Source of the DNA: Azolla caroliniana
Taxonomy: Eukaryota > Plantae > Polypodiophyta
Assembly: GCA_043228905.1 (NCBI GenBank)
Contig: JBHGNT010000008.1
Location: forward strand, 14,880,001-14,944,000
Direction: 5' to 3'
DNA length: 64,000 nt
The position numbers were made by a program, and so were the translations under genes. Position 1 is the first letter of the stretch. Every line of letters starts with the position of its first letter. Under the pieces are notes generated by a model. The model saw only the letters and a list, made by a program, of their open reading frames with translations. It was not told where the DNA came from and made no database searches. Of the stretch, positions 59,945-64,000 are shown in pieces.

Positions 59945-60048
59945 TGTCAGGAATAGTACTAAGATAGTGAAGTACTGTCAGGAACAATACTAAGATAGAG
60001 AAGGAATTAGTACTAAAAGATGAGGATTAGTGCTAAGGGAGGTGTAGA
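59945..60048 (-). repeat. Two stacked U5 ends of D-family-like LTRs (starting at 59945 and 59976)
   Basis: TGTCAGGAACAATACTAAGATAGAGAAGGAATTAGTACTAAA resembles the reverse complement of the D LTR 3' end. Confidence 0.7.
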
Positions 60049-63000
60049 TGTTACGGGCATGACCATATAATATCCCGTGTTAAGAATTTACCGTAGTAAT
60101 CTATACATGTGGATAAGTGTGAGGGTTAAATGAGAGTGTAAAGAAGGGGAGGATTACTTTTAATCCTCGGGATTGAGACAACCCATTAGGTCAAGTGTGA
60201 ACTTGCCTGGGGGCCTTGGGTATCGCTATAAATAAGAGGTCTAGCTACCCTCATTTGATCATCTTTTGACTACATCAAGACTCTGCTCGTGTGGTGGGTC
60301 AACTCTTGTAGCGAGCGCGCCAGCACCAGGTACGACTCGACGCCACGGCGGTGGTATGGGACGCCGATCGAGGCTCGAGTCCGTCTCGATCCCTTCGCTC
60401 GGGGGTGGTCGGGTGGATCGGCACCCTTCTTTCTCTTTCTCCTTTCTATCTATGTTTTCATTATCCTTATCTTAAGCTTACGTTAGTATCAAGATCTATA
60501 ATATTTGGTATCAGATTTTTGTACTAATGTTTCTTTGTTTTTCATTTGTCTTTTGATTGATGCTGATCGATCGTTGTGCGGTTGGCCTTGATCCAGACAA
60601 CGATCAACAAAGAACTTCGGTAACTCTTTCCATAATTTTTCTTTCTATTCTCTCTTCTCCCATCTAATCATGTGTTTAGTTTATATGTAATTTTTTTCAT
60701 TAAATCAATGATGTTGTAGTGGTCTTTAATTGATTATCTAAAACGTTTACATATGTGCACGAGCTCAATACCTCGTTTGACATATTAATAATATGTGATG
60801 AGTGTCGTATGCGTACGAGGTTAATACCTCAATTACGTATTACGTTCACGAACATATGTTACGTTTGCGTATGAGTTTAATACCTTGATTTGTTGTAAAC
60901 GATATGCGTTTGGTCTCGTATGCGTAAGAGGTCTATACCTCCATTGCGTATTACGATGATCTCTTATTTGTGGATGTTTCGTGTGCGTAGAGGTATATAC
61001 CTCGATTACGTATCTCGATCACATCATTTGTGGCTATTTACTTTAACGATATGTTTAATATAGGCATATGTGGTCACATATATACGTATTTGATCGTATA
61101 TATGTGATAAGTAAACATATGTGTATATTCGTTATTACGTGATTATATCGAAAGTTGTCATGGTCGGGAAAAGGATGTTGGTGGCCGTCCTTACATTTTT
61201 GTGAGAATGGCGTTGTCACCATCCCTTTTTCAACATTTTTTTATTGTTGATAACCCCGTTGACGACCTCGATTTTGTTACGTAAAGAAACGCCAATAGCC
61301 AAAATGATGTTGAGTACGTAGGGCTTGACCCACTTCAAGTGAGGTCGCTCCAATGACGCGCGTATCCAACATCCCTCCCTCGTTACATGGATACGATGCC
61401 ACCATGAGCTCGTTCTTACGAGAGGCATTCGTAATGACGTGACCATGTGATGGCCCACGTGAGCCTACTACGAAACACGGGCTCATTTGGCTTCACCATT
61501 AGGTTGCACTTTGGCGTATGCCATCGTAATTACGAGACTTGAGGTTAGGTAACGTACCAACATAGTTTTGGTAAATGAGGGCGAAATAAGGACCCTTGAC
61601 ATATATGTTCTTTTAAAAAAACATATATGATCAATTGCCTCGCATATCTCTTATACGCATCAAACATTAAGCATTCGAGAAGAGCAACTTACTTGGTTGG
61701 CTCAAGTGTTTAATGTATTTGTTCTCGAGGTCTCGAGTTCAAATATGACCAAGACCATACAACATCCTTGATACATATGCCTATAACACATGTTTAGACT
61801 TAAGGTCTAAGTGCACCTCGGGGTCCTCGTAATAGGACTTAAAGAGCCGAAACCACATATGTGGGCACCGAAACATAGTTTATTATTAACATTTTTTTCG
61901 TGTATAAACTATTCATGACGCGAACATACATGGTTGAGCCTCGGGGAGCCACCATGAAAAAATCGATATAGAGATCAGGGAAAGACATTTATTTGTCACC
62001 CCCATGGTTTTTAAAACACCTTTGTGTTACCATAGTAACCTGATCTTGAACCTCATCTCATACGTCTAGAGGGGTATTGACGTGAGATAATGATATCGAT
62101 TAATGGTCGCCCATGATATGTTTACATCACGACATGATGTTATGACTATATCTCTGACCTTATCCTATTTCTTTTCCAGAAATAATCTTTAATGGCTCAA
62201 ATTAACGACCCGATGTCATCCGCTCAAGCGGAAGGAACTCAAGGGAATCCTCCTGGACAAATGTCCACTGAGATGTATTTGGCACAAATAACCCAATACC
62301 TTAGTTTCACCGCTCAACAGATGACCGAACTTCGGCAATCTCAGAGTGCTCTTGAGGCACGTGTCATTAGTGTACAACGTGAGACTAATAGACCTGATGA
62401 GCGACAAGGTGAACCATCATTTGTCGTTAAGCCATTTACGGGAGACAAAAAGGAAAGAACCGAAGAAGCAATCTGCACATGGCTGGGACGATGGGAGTCT
62501 CATTTTGAGCTCTATCCCACGCCAGATAGTACGAAGATTGCATATGTCGGTCGAGAACTCGGGGGTAACGCCGCCGCTTGGTGGCGTGGCCTCCGTACTA
62601 TGGGGAAATTGCCCGATACCTGGACAGATTTTGTCACGGTTTTTAAGGGCCAATTTCTGCAACCTCGCTCTTGAACCGAGGCAGCACAAGCTTTAATGAA
62701 CCTCTCTAGCAGGAAATTTTCCTCGCTAGAAGACTATGTTCACCATGCTAGAACCCAAATCCAAAAATCGGGTCTAGAAGGGGACAATTGGTTGATAGCT
62801 TGTTTTGTCAATGGCATCCCCAATTCGGACTATCACTGGATAGTGCACGATAAGGATCCAAAATCCTTCGAAGAGGCCGTTGAAATAGTTCTTCGCTATC
62901 AACGCACTTCGAAGAAGGACCATAACAAACCCAACGAAGCGCCCGGGACTAAGCAGTCGCAATTTGTTGGGAAACGCAAGACACCCAACGAATTCCTGGA

Positions 63001-64000
63001 TCGCGATTGTAAGCGACAACATCCTTTTTGTGTATTCTGCAAAAAGAAGGGTCATACAAAAGATCAATGTCGAAAGCTCCAACGGAAAGAGCACGACAAC
63101 AAAGCTAAAGCTGCAGACCATAAAGGTCAGATTCCTAATGTCCTTCAGGTCTATACACATCATTTAAGTAATTGTCAATGTTCTTTCCCTCACTATGTAT
63201 TGGGTCCCAATGATTTACTACGTGCAAACGGGTATATCAATGGATCTCCCGTACAATTTTTATTTGATTCGGGAAGCTCACACAATTTTGTGAATGATCG
63301 TTTGGTTCAGATATGGGGAATCCAACCCACCGTAAGTGATCACACCTACACGGTGCACTTGGCTGATGGAAGAGTACAATACATCAACGGGGCGATTCAT
63401 TCATTAGGAATTTCTATTGATACTTATATAGAGGAAGTAGACTTCCATGTAATGAATCTTTGTACCACCGATGTAATACTGGGTTATCCCTGGTTTTATA
63501 ATAAAAACTCTTCTTTATTTATTGATTGGGTTTGTCATTCCATTTCTTTTGTACTGAACGATTGTACGCATTTTATTCAATGTGTAAAAAAACAATCCCT
63601 CTCGATTGTTTCCTCGTGTCCATCAATATCCGAGTTGTCTTGTTCTACGTTATTTTATTGTGTACTTGATCCGGACATTCACGTTTACAATATCGATAAT
63701 GTCCCGATTCAATTAACATATTTTGAACAACAACAACTTGATGAAATCTTAAATGATTTTCATGATGTTTTTCCAAGTGAACTACCTAATGGGTTACCTC
63801 CTAAACGTAATATAGACCATCGTATAGATATTGTACCTGGTGTTGCACCAATAAGTATACCTCCGTATCGCTTAAGTCGATCCGAAGAAGATGAGGTATC
63901 TAAGCAACTCAAGGACTATTTACGAATGGGTTATATACGTTATAGTAAATCTCCATGGGGTGCACCAGTTCTCTTGGTTAAAAAGAAAGAGGGCACATGG
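60049..64000 (+). mobile_element. Ty3/gypsy chromovirus-type element E, 5' part (runs off the window)
   Basis: LTR 60049-60503, PBS TGGTATCAGA at 60506, ~1.7-kb leader, then gag-pol. Confidence 0.88.
62192..64000 (+). pseudogene. gag: Element E gag-PR-RT in one frame, with a single TGA at 62672-62674
   Basis: My translation after the stop stays open to the window end: CVFCKKKGHTKDQC, FLFDSGSSHNF, DVFPSELPNGLPPKR..SPWGAPVLLVKKKEGTW. Confidence 0.9.

Noticed and set aside
60791-60860. Hammerhead ribozyme-like core (GTGATGAGTG..CACGAAC)
   Set aside because: The core deviates from CUGANGA/GAAA at two invariant positions and I found no stem I/III or cleavage triplet. It is better explained as a plain hairpin.
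62672-62674. Programmed stop-codon readthrough in E gag
   Set aside because: The TGA lies mid-capsid, before the zinc knuckle, and is most simply a CGA>TGA deamination.

Overview
No host genes are recognisable. The window is almost entirely nested transposable elements, probably from a moss-like non-seed plant (inferred from the element lineages). Three nests can be unpicked using TG..CA LTR termini and target-site duplications (TSDs). Left nest: old gypsy relic > solo LTR E (318-21015) > solo LTR A (488-1178) and copia B (1449-20991) > copia A (1992-12646) > Tcn1-like chromovirus D (4042-9186), with copia C (12647-18253) on A's terminal 5 bp. Middle nest: Sola-like DDD transposase gene (29084-56063) > gypsy G (29779-53995) > solo LTR J and gypsy H (33185-46422) > solo LTR A and copia C' (36089-42134) > solo LTR A2. 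Right nest: MITEs, a copia 5' fragment, stacked LTR ends and chromovirus E running off the window. The most striking observation is element G. It has no polypurine tract; in its place, 2 nt from the 3' LTR, is a second, oppositely oriented tRNA-Arg-like primer-binding site, suggesting both cDNA strands could be tRNA-primed. Other highlights are antisense tRNA-like Pol III A/B boxes in U3 of two unrelated LTR families, and element D's self-priming site, -1 frameshift signal and in-frame loss of the integrase core. A copia family also carries a duplicated PPT enclosing a Pol C-terminal tail. Family letters are my own labels. Lineage and tRNA assignments are from recalled motifs and need database confirmation.
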